Shown in pieces: positions 16,738-25,207 of a stretch of 46,571 nucleotides of DNA (position 1 is the stretch's first letter; each line of letters opens with the position of its first letter). The notes under the pieces were generated by a model. That model saw nothing but the letters and a program-made list of their open reading frames with translations, was not told the origin of the DNA and did no database searches. The stretch is from a virus (taxonomy: Duplodnaviria > Caudoviricetes). The stretch spans positions 1 to 46,571 of the IMG/VR virus record IMGVR_UViG_3300032225_001126; one strand, 5' to 3'. The translations under genes were made by a program, and so were the position numbers.

Positions 16738-17480
16738 AATACGAAAAAATTTGACATTCCTTCTAGTGTAACTTTATCGTGTGATCCGCAGCCACCACAT
16801 TTCCATTCAATTTCTTTTTTGACTTTAGGCATTGAAGTGAAGAAGTTATTGATTTTCAAAAACTGTTCTTGAGAAAGATTGTCAATGAATTCAAACAATT
16901 CTTTTTTTGAAACGTCTTCAATCTTATAAATCTCTTCTTTATCATAAATGTATTCAACACAATTTGCAATAGTTTCCATTGCAATATCCATTTGATTTTT
17001 AGATTTTTTGTTTAGATTTTTTAGACTTGCATCATCAAGTGTTGGATATTTCATTTTAACACCGATTTGATTTTCTTCGTCAAGAATAATATTATCCGTG
17101 TGACCAACTCCTTGATCGACTTCAATTTCTAATAAATTAACATCTACTAATGTAGTATGATCGCATTCTACACCTTCATCGTTGTATCCAGTACGATGAC
17201 GCATACGCAATTCTACTTTTTCTCCGATAGACTTTGCTCTTAAATTAATAAACAAATATTCTAAATCAAAAGTTGGAAGTTTTTCTACATCAATCTTGTC
17301 AATTGCACAATTATTGATGATTTGTTTGATTGCGATTAGATTAGCATTCTGATCGTTTGACTCTCCAGCCATCAAAAGAATCTTTTGTTCCTTGACAAGA
17401 AAAGGTCTATACTTCACAGTTTGTTTTGTTGAAGGTAGAATCAATTCAAAGATAGGCGAATTAATTTTAGGTAAAGGCAT
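16734..17480 (-). CDS. gp26: Baseplate hub assembly protein gp26 (start reassigned to ATG 17480)
   Basis: MPLPKI..P.FEL.LPS, YRPFLVKEQKILL, FDLEYLF..LRAKSIGE, MKYP, C..C, LEG...FF. SD GGAG upstream. Confidence 0.9.
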   Translation of the reverse strand: MPLPKINSPIFELILPSTKQTVKYRPFLVKEQKILLMAGESNDQNANLIAIKQIINNCAIDKIDVEKLPTFDLEYLFINLRAKSIGEKVELRMRHRTGYNDEGVECDHTTLVDVNLLEIEVDQGVGHTDNIILDEENQIGVKMKYPTLDDASLKNLNKKSKNQMDIAMETIANCVEYIYDKEEIYKIEDVSKKELFEFIDNLSQEQFLKINNFFTSMPKVKKEIEWKCGGCGSHDKVTLEGMSNFFVL

Positions 17481-17507
17481 AATAATCTCCAAAAATAAAG
17501 AAATAAT

Positions 17508-18128
17508 TTAAACGACTAAAGGCATCGTATAATAACGATAGTTGAGAGTGACAGAAAATCGTTGATATGAGTTGGTTTCATCCCAAGAAGCATTCATAGC
17601 TGAAATTGAAATCGGATAAACATCATGCATTACAAAATTCATAACCACTTCAGCTTTTGCATTTAATTGTTTAACCGAAAGCGTTACTCCTTTTGCATAA
17701 TTTTCATAATATTTAACTAAACCTGGTTTTGGATCGTAAGATGTGAAAGAACTTTTTGTCATAGCAACGTCTTTTGCATTTGTAGTATCATATCCAGCCG
17801 GATTTATAATATTATCAATCCAATTATCAAAAAATAATCTTTCTACTTTATCTTCAGAGCATATGATAGACAATTGAATGTCGCTATATGTTACATCATA
17901 TGGAAGTTTTAATGTTGTTCCACCACCACCAACGTCATCATTTGTTGCAAGTGTTTTTCCAGGAAATTCTGCTTTTTCGCATCTAAATTTAAACGTGTTG
18001 TTAATATCATATTGAAGAAATAATGGTATGCCACCCAATTCAGCGACAAAATAGTTTGGGCGAACCATAGCTTTGATTGAATTTTTAAAGTCTGCTACAT
18101 TAAAAAAATTGTCTACTCTAGTTACCAT
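17508..18128 (-). CDS. gp54: Tail tube initiator gp54-like (gp19 tube-fold family)
   Basis: RPNYF, FRCEKAEFPG, ERLFFDNW, YPISIS....WD, FSVTLNYRY. Located between gp2 and gp26. Confidence 0.7.
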   Translation of the reverse strand: MVTRVDNFFNVADFKNSIKAMVRPNYFVAELGGIPLFLQYDINNTFKFRCEKAEFPGKTLATNDDVGGGGTTLKLPYDVTYSDIQLSIICSEDKVERLFFDNWIDNIINPAGYDTTNAKDVAMTKSSFTSYDPKPGLVKYYENYAKGVTLSVKQLNAKAEVVMNFVMHDVYPISISAMNASWDETNSYQRFSVTLNYRYYTMPLVV

Positions 18129-18728
18129 TTATGCTCTCGATATTTTTCTAATAGAATCTTCATGCACTTTTCTTGTATCAGCTTTTCTAAATGATTCTGT
18201 TGGAAGAAACAATGCAATGTCCCATTCGTTTACGTTTATTTCTAAAAATTGTGATCTAACATGAGTTCTCAAATACTTTTTAAGTGTAGGTTTGTAATAT
18301 CTATACTTTGAAGCTGATTGTAAAATTGAATATGAAATCTTAACTCTTGTAGTAGCATCATAATTTTTATTTGTCAAAGTAGAATATAAAGCATCCATTA
18401 ATTTTGCTCTAAGCATTAGAGGCAAATAATGAAAGTTGATTCCTAAAAACCCATCAGACTCAAACTTAACAGGAAAGATTAATGGAAATGTGTCATAGTA
18501 CGGCAACTCTTTCTTCATCTTAGGATCATAAGCAAAAGCGTACATATAACCAATTTCCATTGTTCCAACTTTTCTTGTTGGATTTGTCAATCTCTCCATT
18601 TGCGAAGATGGAATATTCGAAGCTAAATTCTTTACGGAGTTTCGATACCAAGTTCTCGCAGCCTTGCTCTTCGCAGGCACGATTCCTTTAGCTAATCCTT
18701 GTTGTATGATTTTGTCGAATATATCCAT
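18129..18728 (-). CDS. gp2: DNA end protector protein gp2
   Basis: YDPKMKKELPYYDTFPLIF, GFLGINFHYLP, KKYL..HVRS, WDIALFLPTE.F. Confidence 0.93.
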   Translation of the reverse strand: MDIFDKIIQQGLAKGIVPAKSKAARTWYRNSVKNLASNIPSSQMERLTNPTRKVGTMEIGYMYAFAYDPKMKKELPYYDTFPLIFPVKFESDGFLGINFHYLPLMLRAKLMDALYSTLTNKNYDATTRVKISYSILQSASKYRYYKPTLKKYLRTHVRSQFLEINVNEWDIALFLPTESFRKADTRKVHEDSIRKISRA

Positions 18729-18734
18729 ATATTC

Positions 18735-18742
18735 TATTTATC
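18735..18742 (-). promoter_or_regulatory. Late-type promoter (GATAAATA) overlapping the gp4 stop, 6 nt before the gp2 ATG
   Basis: Minus strand reads GATAAATA-GAATAT-ATG. Confidence 0.55.
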
Positions 18743-19181
18743 TCAAATCTTTGTCTGTAATTATTTTAAATTCCCAATTTCTATCTTTAGCGTATTCAGT
18801 TGCAGCTTTCCATTTTGCTTGATTCACACCCCAAGTCTTTACTTCATTTAGAAATCTTCTAGTTGGTCTTCCAATAGGAGTGTCTTTTCTTTTTGGTGGT
18901 TGTGTTTGTATTGCTGGTTTTATTTCAATAAGAACTGATTTAAGAATTCCTTCTCGATCTCTATATCTCATCCAAAAATCAACAAAGTATCTATGATAAC
19001 GATTATCAATAGGAGAGACATATGGAACGACAACTTCTTCTGAAGACCATTCAAGCACTGAAGTATTGGTGTCACAATATATCATGAATCTACGCTCTAA
19101 AAGACTTCGATAAATAATGTTAGTTGGATCACCTTTATACTTTTGATAATTTTGTGGTTTAAATTTGCCTTTATATGACAT
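18738..19181 (-). CDS. gp4: Head completion nuclease gp4
   Basis: YKGKFKP.N..KYKGD, YRSL.E, WSSEE, HRYFVDF, LIEIKP..QT, NQAKWKAA, F.IIT. Confidence 0.95.
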   Translation of the reverse strand: MSYKGKFKPQNYQKYKGDPTNIIYRSLLERRFMIYCDTNTSVLEWSSEEVVVPYVSPIDNRYHRYFVDFWMRYRDREGILKSVLIEIKPAIQTQPPKRKDTPIGRPTRRFLNEVKTWGVNQAKWKAATEYAKDRNWEFKIITDKDLR

Positions 19182-19186
19182 AAATA
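19179..19186 (+). promoter_or_regulatory. Late-type promoter (CATAAATA) overlapping the gp4 start codon, driving the gp48 operon
   Basis: CATAAATA at the divergent gp4/gp48 junction, followed by AGGA SD and ATG 19212. Confidence 0.6.
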
Positions 19187-19211
19187 GAATAATAATTTAG
19201 TTAGGAAAAAA

Positions 19212-20213
19212 ATGGCAACATCACCAAATACAAATTTTGTTTCGGATAAAAATGGTTCTTGGAGTTATCCAACATCTGCTCAATTAAATTTTGGAACAGA
19301 TTTTGCAGGATCCGAATATATAATTCCTGTAGTTAGATTTCAGTTTTTTGATTCAGTTGGCGATGCTACAGAAAACGCTTCTCCGATTATTTATATCAAA
19401 ATGGGCGGCACATTTCAATCTGGATTATCAAATTCGTGGGCTCCAACTACAAATATTTATGGTACTCCTGGAGGCATGGCTGATGATAGTTCTCTTAATG
19501 CTATTAAAAGATTAGGATCCAGTTTTTATGAAGCAATACAAAAACAATTGATGAATGCTATTGGTGGAGCGGCTGGATCATTTGCATCAGCTGGACAATC
19601 TGGAAGAGCGAACTTTGAATTTATACAAAGACAAGTATTTAATAATTTCCAACAACTAATCTATTCAGGACCAACATTTAGACAATTTTCTTTGCCATTT
19701 TCGATGAAACCGACAAGTTTAACAGAAGCAAAGATGATGCGAGATATTATTCAAACATTTAGAATAGCATCTTCTCCAAGAGTGGGAAAACATATTCAAA
19801 ATAGCACCGCGACAGATGATCTTGATACAAAGATAGGAGATTCTGCGACAAATGCTAATGATGAAACTGCTAGTGCCGATCAAACTGCAACAATTACTGC
19901 AAAAGAACTTGAAGATTTAATTATAGGATCTGGTCAAAGTAAATTATTTGGATATCCTGACATGTGTAAATTCCAGTTACTTCTTTATAATCATAGTCTG
20001 AGTAAGTTATCAACTTTATTTGAATCTAATTTATGTGTTATAGAAAATGTTTCTACCGACTATGGATCAGGAAACAAGATGACATTTTTTGATTCTACAA
20101 ACTCCACTGAATATTTCCCAACAGATGTCACATTAAGTTTATCATTAAGAGAAGTCAAACTTCTTACTACTGTTGAAATAACTAGTGAATATGACAATCG
20201 TACAATCTTCTAA
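19212..20213 (+). CDS. gp48: Baseplate tail tube cap gp48
   Basis: VFNNFQQLIYSGPTFRQFSLPF.MKP.S..EA...I..F, YPD, C.IE..STDY, P.DVTLSLS.RE. Precedes gp53. Confidence 0.8.
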   Translation: MATSPNTNFVSDKNGSWSYPTSAQLNFGTDFAGSEYIIPVVRFQFFDSVGDATENASPIIYIKMGGTFQSGLSNSWAPTTNIYGTPGGMADDSSLNAIKRLGSSFYEAIQKQLMNAIGGAAGSFASAGQSGRANFEFIQRQVFNNFQQLIYSGPTFRQFSLPFSMKPTSLTEAKMMRDIIQTFRIASSPRVGKHIQNSTATDDLDTKIGDSATNANDETASADQTATITAKELEDLIIGSGQSKLFGYPDMCKFQLLLYNHSLSKLSTLFESNLCVIENVSTDYGSGNKMTFFDSTNSTEYFPTDVTLSLSLREVKLLTTVEITSEYDNRTIF

Positions 20214-20218
20214 TAATC

Positions 20219-20749
20219 ATGAGTATATTTCAATTCTATCCAAAAGTTGCTTATAAAGTTGATAATATCGATTACATTAAAGCAATCGATATTACAACTT
20301 CAATAAAAATAAAAGATTTTTTCAAGACATATCGAGGAATATCTTTCAATCCTTACGTTGTAAAAGATGGAGAAAGACCAGATTATGTGTCATATAAATT
20401 TTATGCAACACCAATGTATGATTGGGTAGTTTTATTATCAAATGACATTTATAATATTTACGACGATTGGCCAAAAAGCACTAGAACATTAAATTCTTAC
20501 GTTGAAGAAAAATACGGAACTATAGCATCAGCATTAGGTACAGTAAAATATTATTACAATTCAAATAATGATATAATTGATGAAACTACTTGGAATAATT
20601 TACCCATAAATCAAAGAAGATCAGAGTCTCAATACGAATATGAAATTCGTAGAAACATTAATAAATCTAAAATAAAAATTATTAAAACAGAATTAGTTAA
20701 TGCTGTAGATGCTGGTTTGAAAGCTATTATATCTAAACCAGTATTATGA
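20219..20749 (+). CDS. gp53: Baseplate wedge protein gp53
   Basis: YVVKDGERPD.VSY..Y.....WVVLL.N......DWP, KYG, YEYE..N..K..IKI. Confidence 0.92.
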   Translation: MSIFQFYPKVAYKVDNIDYIKAIDITTSIKIKDFFKTYRGISFNPYVVKDGERPDYVSYKFYATPMYDWVVLLSNDIYNIYDDWPKSTRTLNSYVEEKYGTIASALGTVKYYYNSNNDIIDETTWNNLPINQRRSESQYEYEIRRNINKSKIKIIKTELVNAVDAGLKAIISKPVL

Positions 20750-22284
20750 ATCGTTTATTTTATCCAGATCAAGTTGTTGATGCATATGTAAAAGCTACCG
20801 CATCTGCAAATAATGCTTCGTCTAATTATAATTTAAATGAAAATAAAAATGTAACTAGCATTATTCAAGGAGGTACAGTAAATGTAGCAGAAGTAAGCAT
20901 TAGAGTTAGAGATGGTGGACGAATTACATTAGTTGGACAATATACAAATATATCAATTAATGAAGACATTTTTGCATCAAGTATTTCTGGAACAATTACC
21001 ATTTTAGACACAGCCGGATTTCTTGAATCTTTTAGAATTAAAGGCGGAGAACAGATCAATATTAAAATCACAAAGCCAAATACCAATGATATTATTATTT
21101 GGAGAGAAGATTTAATAGTTCATAAAATTAGCGAAGCTATTGTTGATCCAACTTCACTAAATTCTAAATTCGATTTACATTTTGTTTCAAGATCGCATGT
21201 AAATTCATTAAAGAAATCTTTATTTAAAAGTTACAAAAATATTTCTTATAGAGAAGCTGTCAAGTCAATTTACTCTGAAATGTCAGTAAATGATTTAATT
21301 ATAGATGATCCAAATTTAACTTTGACAAAACCATTTATTTCGACCGGATTAATGCCACACAAAGCATTAGAGTTTCTTTGTCATAGGTCATGTAGAAAAG
21401 ATAAGTTTTTTGTTTTCTTCGAAAGATTAATTCCTGTGACTGGAACATATACAGACAATAAACCATTTATAGCTTCACATTACTTTGGAAGTATAGAATC
21501 ATTAATTGCTGAAGCAAATTTAAATACGATATCAACAATTTATTTTAATGAAAAAACGAATTTGTCTCTAGAATCGGGAAAATTTATTAGGACACCAAGT
21601 TTAGAAAGAGATTCTAATTTTAATCATATTCAAGCAATGATTTTGGGTTTTTATAATACGTCATTGACTACAATTGATCCAATTTCAAGAACACACTCAA
21701 CAAAAAAATTTGGATATGCAAATGAAAAATCGGTAACAAATGATTTTTATTCTTATAAATTAATTGACGAATATAATATTTTCAATGTTTATAATGATTC
21801 TAAGAATGAAATACCCGGAAGAAAACTAATTACATCTTCAATCAACGACACATCAAATCGAAGTTCTTGGTTACACAATAATATTATTGGACAAATATCA
21901 AAAACATTATTTAAAATTAATGTAGAAATACAGGGCGGTACTAATAATATTGGTATTGGAAATATAGTTTATTTATTTTCTCCTAGTCATGTTGACAAAG
22001 TGTCAAATCCTCAAAGTACAACGTTGGTTCCTAATCGATTAGAGACTGGAAAATATTTTGTGATAACAGTTAATCATAGAATTCGTGCTGGAGAATATAT
22101 TAAAGAATTGACTTTAAGTAGAGCATCATCACCAATAGATAATAATAAGACAGTAGCTGGAGCTGAAATTGACTTTTCCGTAGATATTGCAACACTTAGA
22201 ACAAGTATTGGTGATGTAAAAAATAAAATAGATTTAGACAACTCATCCATAGTAGACAACTGGAGAAATAACATAGTACCATGA
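20746..22284 (+). CDS. Probable baseplate hub protein (gp27-like)
   Basis: ISINEDIF...ISG.I.I.D..G, GGEQI.I, FVFFE, GKYFV..VNH. Lies between gp53 and gp5, where hub proteins occur in T4-like phages. Confidence 0.55.
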   Translation: MNRLFYPDQVVDAYVKATASANNASSNYNLNENKNVTSIIQGGTVNVAEVSIRVRDGGRITLVGQYTNISINEDIFASSISGTITILDTAGFLESFRIKGGEQINIKITKPNTNDIIIWREDLIVHKISEAIVDPTSLNSKFDLHFVSRSHVNSLKKSLFKSYKNISYREAVKSIYSEMSVNDLIIDDPNLTLTKPFISTGLMPHKALEFLCHRSCRKDKFFVFFERLIPVTGTYTDNKPFIASHYFGSIESLIAEANLNTISTIYFNEKTNLSLESGKFIRTPSLERDSNFNHIQAMILGFYNTSLTTIDPISRTHSTKKFGYANEKSVTNDFYSYKLIDEYNIFNVYNDSKNEIPGRKLITSSINDTSNRSSWLHNNIIGQISKTLFKINVEIQGGTNNIGIGNIVYLFSPSHVDKVSNPQSTTLVPNRLETGKYFVITVNHRIRAGEYIKELTLSRASSPIDNNKTVAGAEIDFSVDIATLRTSIGDVKNKIDLDNSSIVDNWRNNIVP

Positions 22285-23243
22285 AAAATTCAATAAAATT
22301 ATCTTTTTCAGAATTTGTTTTAATGAAAGACTTTCATGCAAATCAACTTTGCGAGAAACAGATTCTTTATAACAACGGAAAGAAATATGGACAGATTGTA
22401 TTTCTTGCTGGTGGTGCAGGATCTGGTAAAGGATTCGCAATTAAGAACTTTATGCCGGGAAGTGATTTCAAAGTTCGTGACGTTGACGAAATGAAACTTG
22501 CATTTCAAAAACTCGATTCTCTTCAAAAGTTTACAACTAAAGATTTGTTAGCAAAGTATGGTGATAAAATCTCTGATAAAGATAGAGCAATTATTGATAG
22601 AGAATTGACTGAGAAAGGTCTTGGTATGTCAGATCTTAATTTAAAAACACCAACTCATGTGTATATTCTTCATGTGCTAGTTCGTGCAACTGGTGTTAAA
22701 GATAAAACTTTAGACTTGATGCTAGATGGTGCAGAGAAAGGAACACTTCCAAATATTATCTTTGATAGCACTTTCAAAGATGTTACGGACATGACTGATG
22801 TTCTACCAAAACTATTTGCTGCTGGGTACCAAGAAAAAGACATTCATGTTACCTGGGTTTTGACAAATTATCAGATCGCAATCAAGAACAATAAGTCCAG
22901 AGCAAGAGTTGTTCCAGACGATGTGCTATTAGCGACACACAAAGGTGCTGCACAAACAGTCTATGGTTTAGTCACACATTCTATGCCTAAAGAAGTTCAA
23001 GGTGGAGTTTACGTCATTCTAAATAATCCAGAAAATACAGTTGTTGTGATTGATCCTAAGACTAATAAGCCATACAAAAATATGCATGGTGATATTGTTG
23101 TGAAAGATTTTAAATACTTGACTTTAAAAGAACCTGGCAAGCCAGCAAAGAAAGAAATTGAAATTAAAAAGCAACTTCTCACTTGGATCAGAGACAATAC
23201 TCCAGAGGGAGCTGTGGATACTTCAGATTTGGATAAGCTATGA
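22281..23243 (+). CDS. P-loop kinase (zeta toxin/AAA_33-like)
   Basis: IVFLAGGAGSGKG Walker A, DVDE, IIFDST, and lid motif N..R.RVVP...L..TH. Confidence 0.75.
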   Translation: MKNSIKLSFSEFVLMKDFHANQLCEKQILYNNGKKYGQIVFLAGGAGSGKGFAIKNFMPGSDFKVRDVDEMKLAFQKLDSLQKFTTKDLLAKYGDKISDKDRAIIDRELTEKGLGMSDLNLKTPTHVYILHVLVRATGVKDKTLDLMLDGAEKGTLPNIIFDSTFKDVTDMTDVLPKLFAAGYQEKDIHVTWVLTNYQIAIKNNKSRARVVPDDVLLATHKGAAQTVYGLVTHSMPKEVQGGVYVILNNPENTVVVIDPKTNKPYKNMHGDIVVKDFKYLTLKEPGKPAKKEIEIKKQLLTWIRDNTPEGAVDTSDLDKL

Positions 23244-23476
23244 AACGATACAAAGACATGATTAAAGGGGTCGCTCTTTCAAATGAAGAGTGGGAAGAGC
23301 AAGTCTACGGACCAGAACTATTTGAAACACTACAACAAGTAGACGGTAGATGGGCTTTAGTCTCTAAGAAAACTGGAAGACCTTTACGATATTATAAAGG
23401 CGAAGGAAAGCCTTCCGACGCTTGGGTTGCACAACAAGAACGTGAAATACAATATTTCAAGCACATGGGACATTAA
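23240..23476 (+). CDS. Hypothetical small phage protein
   Basis: ATGA/TAATG coupling on both sides. WALVSKKTG..L and EREIQYFKH motifs. Confidence 0.75.
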   Translation: MKRYKDMIKGVALSNEEWEEQVYGPELFETLQQVDGRWALVSKKTGRPLRYYKGEGKPSDAWVAQQEREIQYFKHMGH

Positions 23477-24546
23477 TGAGAAATTTTCTTGGTCATGATG
23501 GATTCATTTGGTGGATTGGTGTAGTTGAAGATATTGATGATCCTTTGACTCTTGGTCGATGCAAAGTTAGATGTTTCGGCTATCATCCAGCAATTAAAGA
23601 GAATGCTGTACCTACGGAAGATTTACCATGGGCACTTGCAATTCATCCATTAAATACTCCAAATCTATATGGTACACCAAGAGTTGGTGAATGGGTATTT
23701 GGATTTTTTCTCGACGCATTGTCAGCACAAGAGCCAGCAATTCTTGGCTATATTCCTGGAATTCCTCAAACTGCATCAGAATACTTTGGAGCAACTCCAA
23801 GCCTAACTAGAAACTTTAATACAGTTAAGCAAAAAGAATCAGTTGTTCTTGACGTAAATGGTACAATAATTGAAGTATTAAAAGATGGTAATCTAAATAT
23901 AAAAGCAAACACACACTTAACAATATCTTCAAACAATATTACAATTTCCGGAAATGCAATTTCAATATTTGCAAACAATACTCTAAACATTAGCAACACT
24001 ATCAATATTACTAAGAAATCTACAGGAAATACAGTCCTTCTTCATGAAGATCAAGTTTCAGTATTTGCAAATCCATTGTTTAATGACAACTATATTAATA
24101 TCGGCAATAACACTGTCAATATCACTAAGAACTCTACAGGAAATACAATTCTTATTAAAGAAGACTTAGTAACAATTAAACATACAAAAAATGAATATAA
24201 TACAATTAATATTGATGAAAATACGATTATTATTCAAAAAGATTTAGTAAGAATTAAGAATACCAAAAATCAAAACGATACGATTAATATTAATCAAGAT
24301 ACTATTATTATTAATAAAGAAAAAATTACTATGTCTGGTACTAATATGATAACTATTGCTTCTCCAGTAATTATTGTGACAAGTCAAACAACTACTATGA
24401 CCAGTCAAACAACTACTATGACTGCTACTACTTCATTAAGTATTACTGACTCTAGTAAATCATATACACCAAGTTCTATTGATGCAGGAATTGAATTAGC
24501 TAAAACATTACCAACACCTATACCACCTCGTTTTGTTTACTTCTAA
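23476..24546 (+). CDS. gp5: Baseplate central spike gp5 (OB domain + beta-helix repeats, no lysozyme domain)
   Basis: FIWWIGVVED.DDP..LGRCKVR.FG.H, LPWA, G.WVFGFFLD...QEP.ILG. I/N/T-rich beta repeats follow, including TSQTTTM x2 (24379-24420). Confidence 0.88.
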   Translation: MRNFLGHDGFIWWIGVVEDIDDPLTLGRCKVRCFGYHPAIKENAVPTEDLPWALAIHPLNTPNLYGTPRVGEWVFGFFLDALSAQEPAILGYIPGIPQTASEYFGATPSLTRNFNTVKQKESVVLDVNGTIIEVLKDGNLNIKANTHLTISSNNITISGNAISIFANNTLNISNTINITKKSTGNTVLLHEDQVSVFANPLFNDNYINIGNNTVNITKNSTGNTILIKEDLVTIKHTKNEYNTINIDENTIIIQKDLVRIKNTKNQNDTININQDTIIINKEKITMSGTNMITIASPVIIVTSQTTTMTSQTTTMTATTSLSITDSSKSYTPSSIDAGIELAKTLPTPIPPRFVYF

Positions 24547-24575
24547 AGTATTATCTATAGACGGTCAACACACTG

Positions 24576-24604
24576 ATATTATCATCTGTCAAGCACTTTG
24601 TCAA
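24576..24604 (-). promoter_or_regulatory. Candidate antisense sigma70 promoter pointing into gp5
   Basis: Minus strand TTGACA (24604-24599), 17 bp, TGn, TAATAT (24581-24576). Confidence 0.45.
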
Positions 24605-24627
24605 ATTTAAATAAGGAATATTACCAC

Positions 24628-24813
24628 ATGACTAATCACGATAATCTATTAAGCATCTTTGAAACCTATGTATCTGAGAATCAAAAGTTCGAAGAAAAAG
24701 GAAACAAAGCTGCTGGTACAAGAGCAAGAAAAGCATTAGCTGAGTTCTCAAAATTAGCAAAAGAACGTAGAAAAGAGATTCAAGAATCGAAAGTTGCTGA
24801 AAAAGTAACATAA
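24628..24813 (+). CDS. Histone H1-like Hc1 family small basic protein (start reassigned to ATG 24628)
   Basis: KFEEKGNKAAGTRARKAL.E..KL.KE.RKE. AAGGA SD upstream of 24628. Confidence 0.75.
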   Translation: MTNHDNLLSIFETYVSENQKFEEKGNKAAGTRARKALAEFSKLAKERRKEIQESKVAEKVT

Positions 24814-24816
24814 ATA
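24809..24816 (+). promoter_or_regulatory. Late-type promoter (CATAAATA) overlapping the Hc1 stop, 6 nt before the gp25 ATG
   Basis: CATAAATA-TGATAT-ATG. Confidence 0.55.
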
Positions 24817-24822
24817 TGATAT

Positions 24823-25206
24823 ATGGCTACTATAACTTTTTATAAAGATTTACCTTTAGATTTTATTCCTCATCCTGTGAGTGGAGACATTCGTCCAATC
24901 ATAAATGAAGTGGCGATTCGTAGATCATTGATAAATCTAATATTAACAAAAAAAGGAAGTAGACCATTTTATCCAGAATATGGAACTACGGTTTTTAATT
25001 TTTTATTTGAACCGAATTCAGCATTCACAGTATTCAATATAAAAGAAAGTATATCAAACACAGTTAAAAGATTTGAGCCTAGAGTTACTTTGAGAAATGT
25101 TGATATTAAAATTGAAGATCATGGCATTACTATGAATTTGAGTTATATTATTAATAATACTGGCTCAACTTCAACTTTAGAAACAACAATTTCAAGGTCG
25201 ACGTAA
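24823..25206 (+). CDS. gp25: Baseplate wedge subunit gp25
   Basis: YKDL.LDF..HP..GD, AI.RSL.NL..T..G.RPF.PEYG, LFEP, FEPRV. Confidence 0.93.
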   Translation: MATITFYKDLPLDFIPHPVSGDIRPIINEVAIRRSLINLILTKKGSRPFYPEYGTTVFNFLFEPNSAFTVFNIKESISNTVKRFEPRVTLRNVDIKIEDHGITMNLSYIINNTGSTSTLETTISRST

Positions 25207-25207
25207 A

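Noticed and set aside
3055-19313. Presence of palindromic restriction sites (GAATTC 3055-3060, GGATCC 19308-19313, many GATC) as evidence of protected, modified DNA
   Set aside because: Needs observed/expected counts over the whole genome and knowledge of the host's restriction systems. Not decisive by eye.
1593-24627. Longest-ORF starts at 1658, 2980, 4216, 9293, 17492 and 24598
   Set aside because: Downstream ATGs (1592, 3007, 4246, 9311, 17480, 24628) have SD motifs, avoid long overlaps and match family N-termini.
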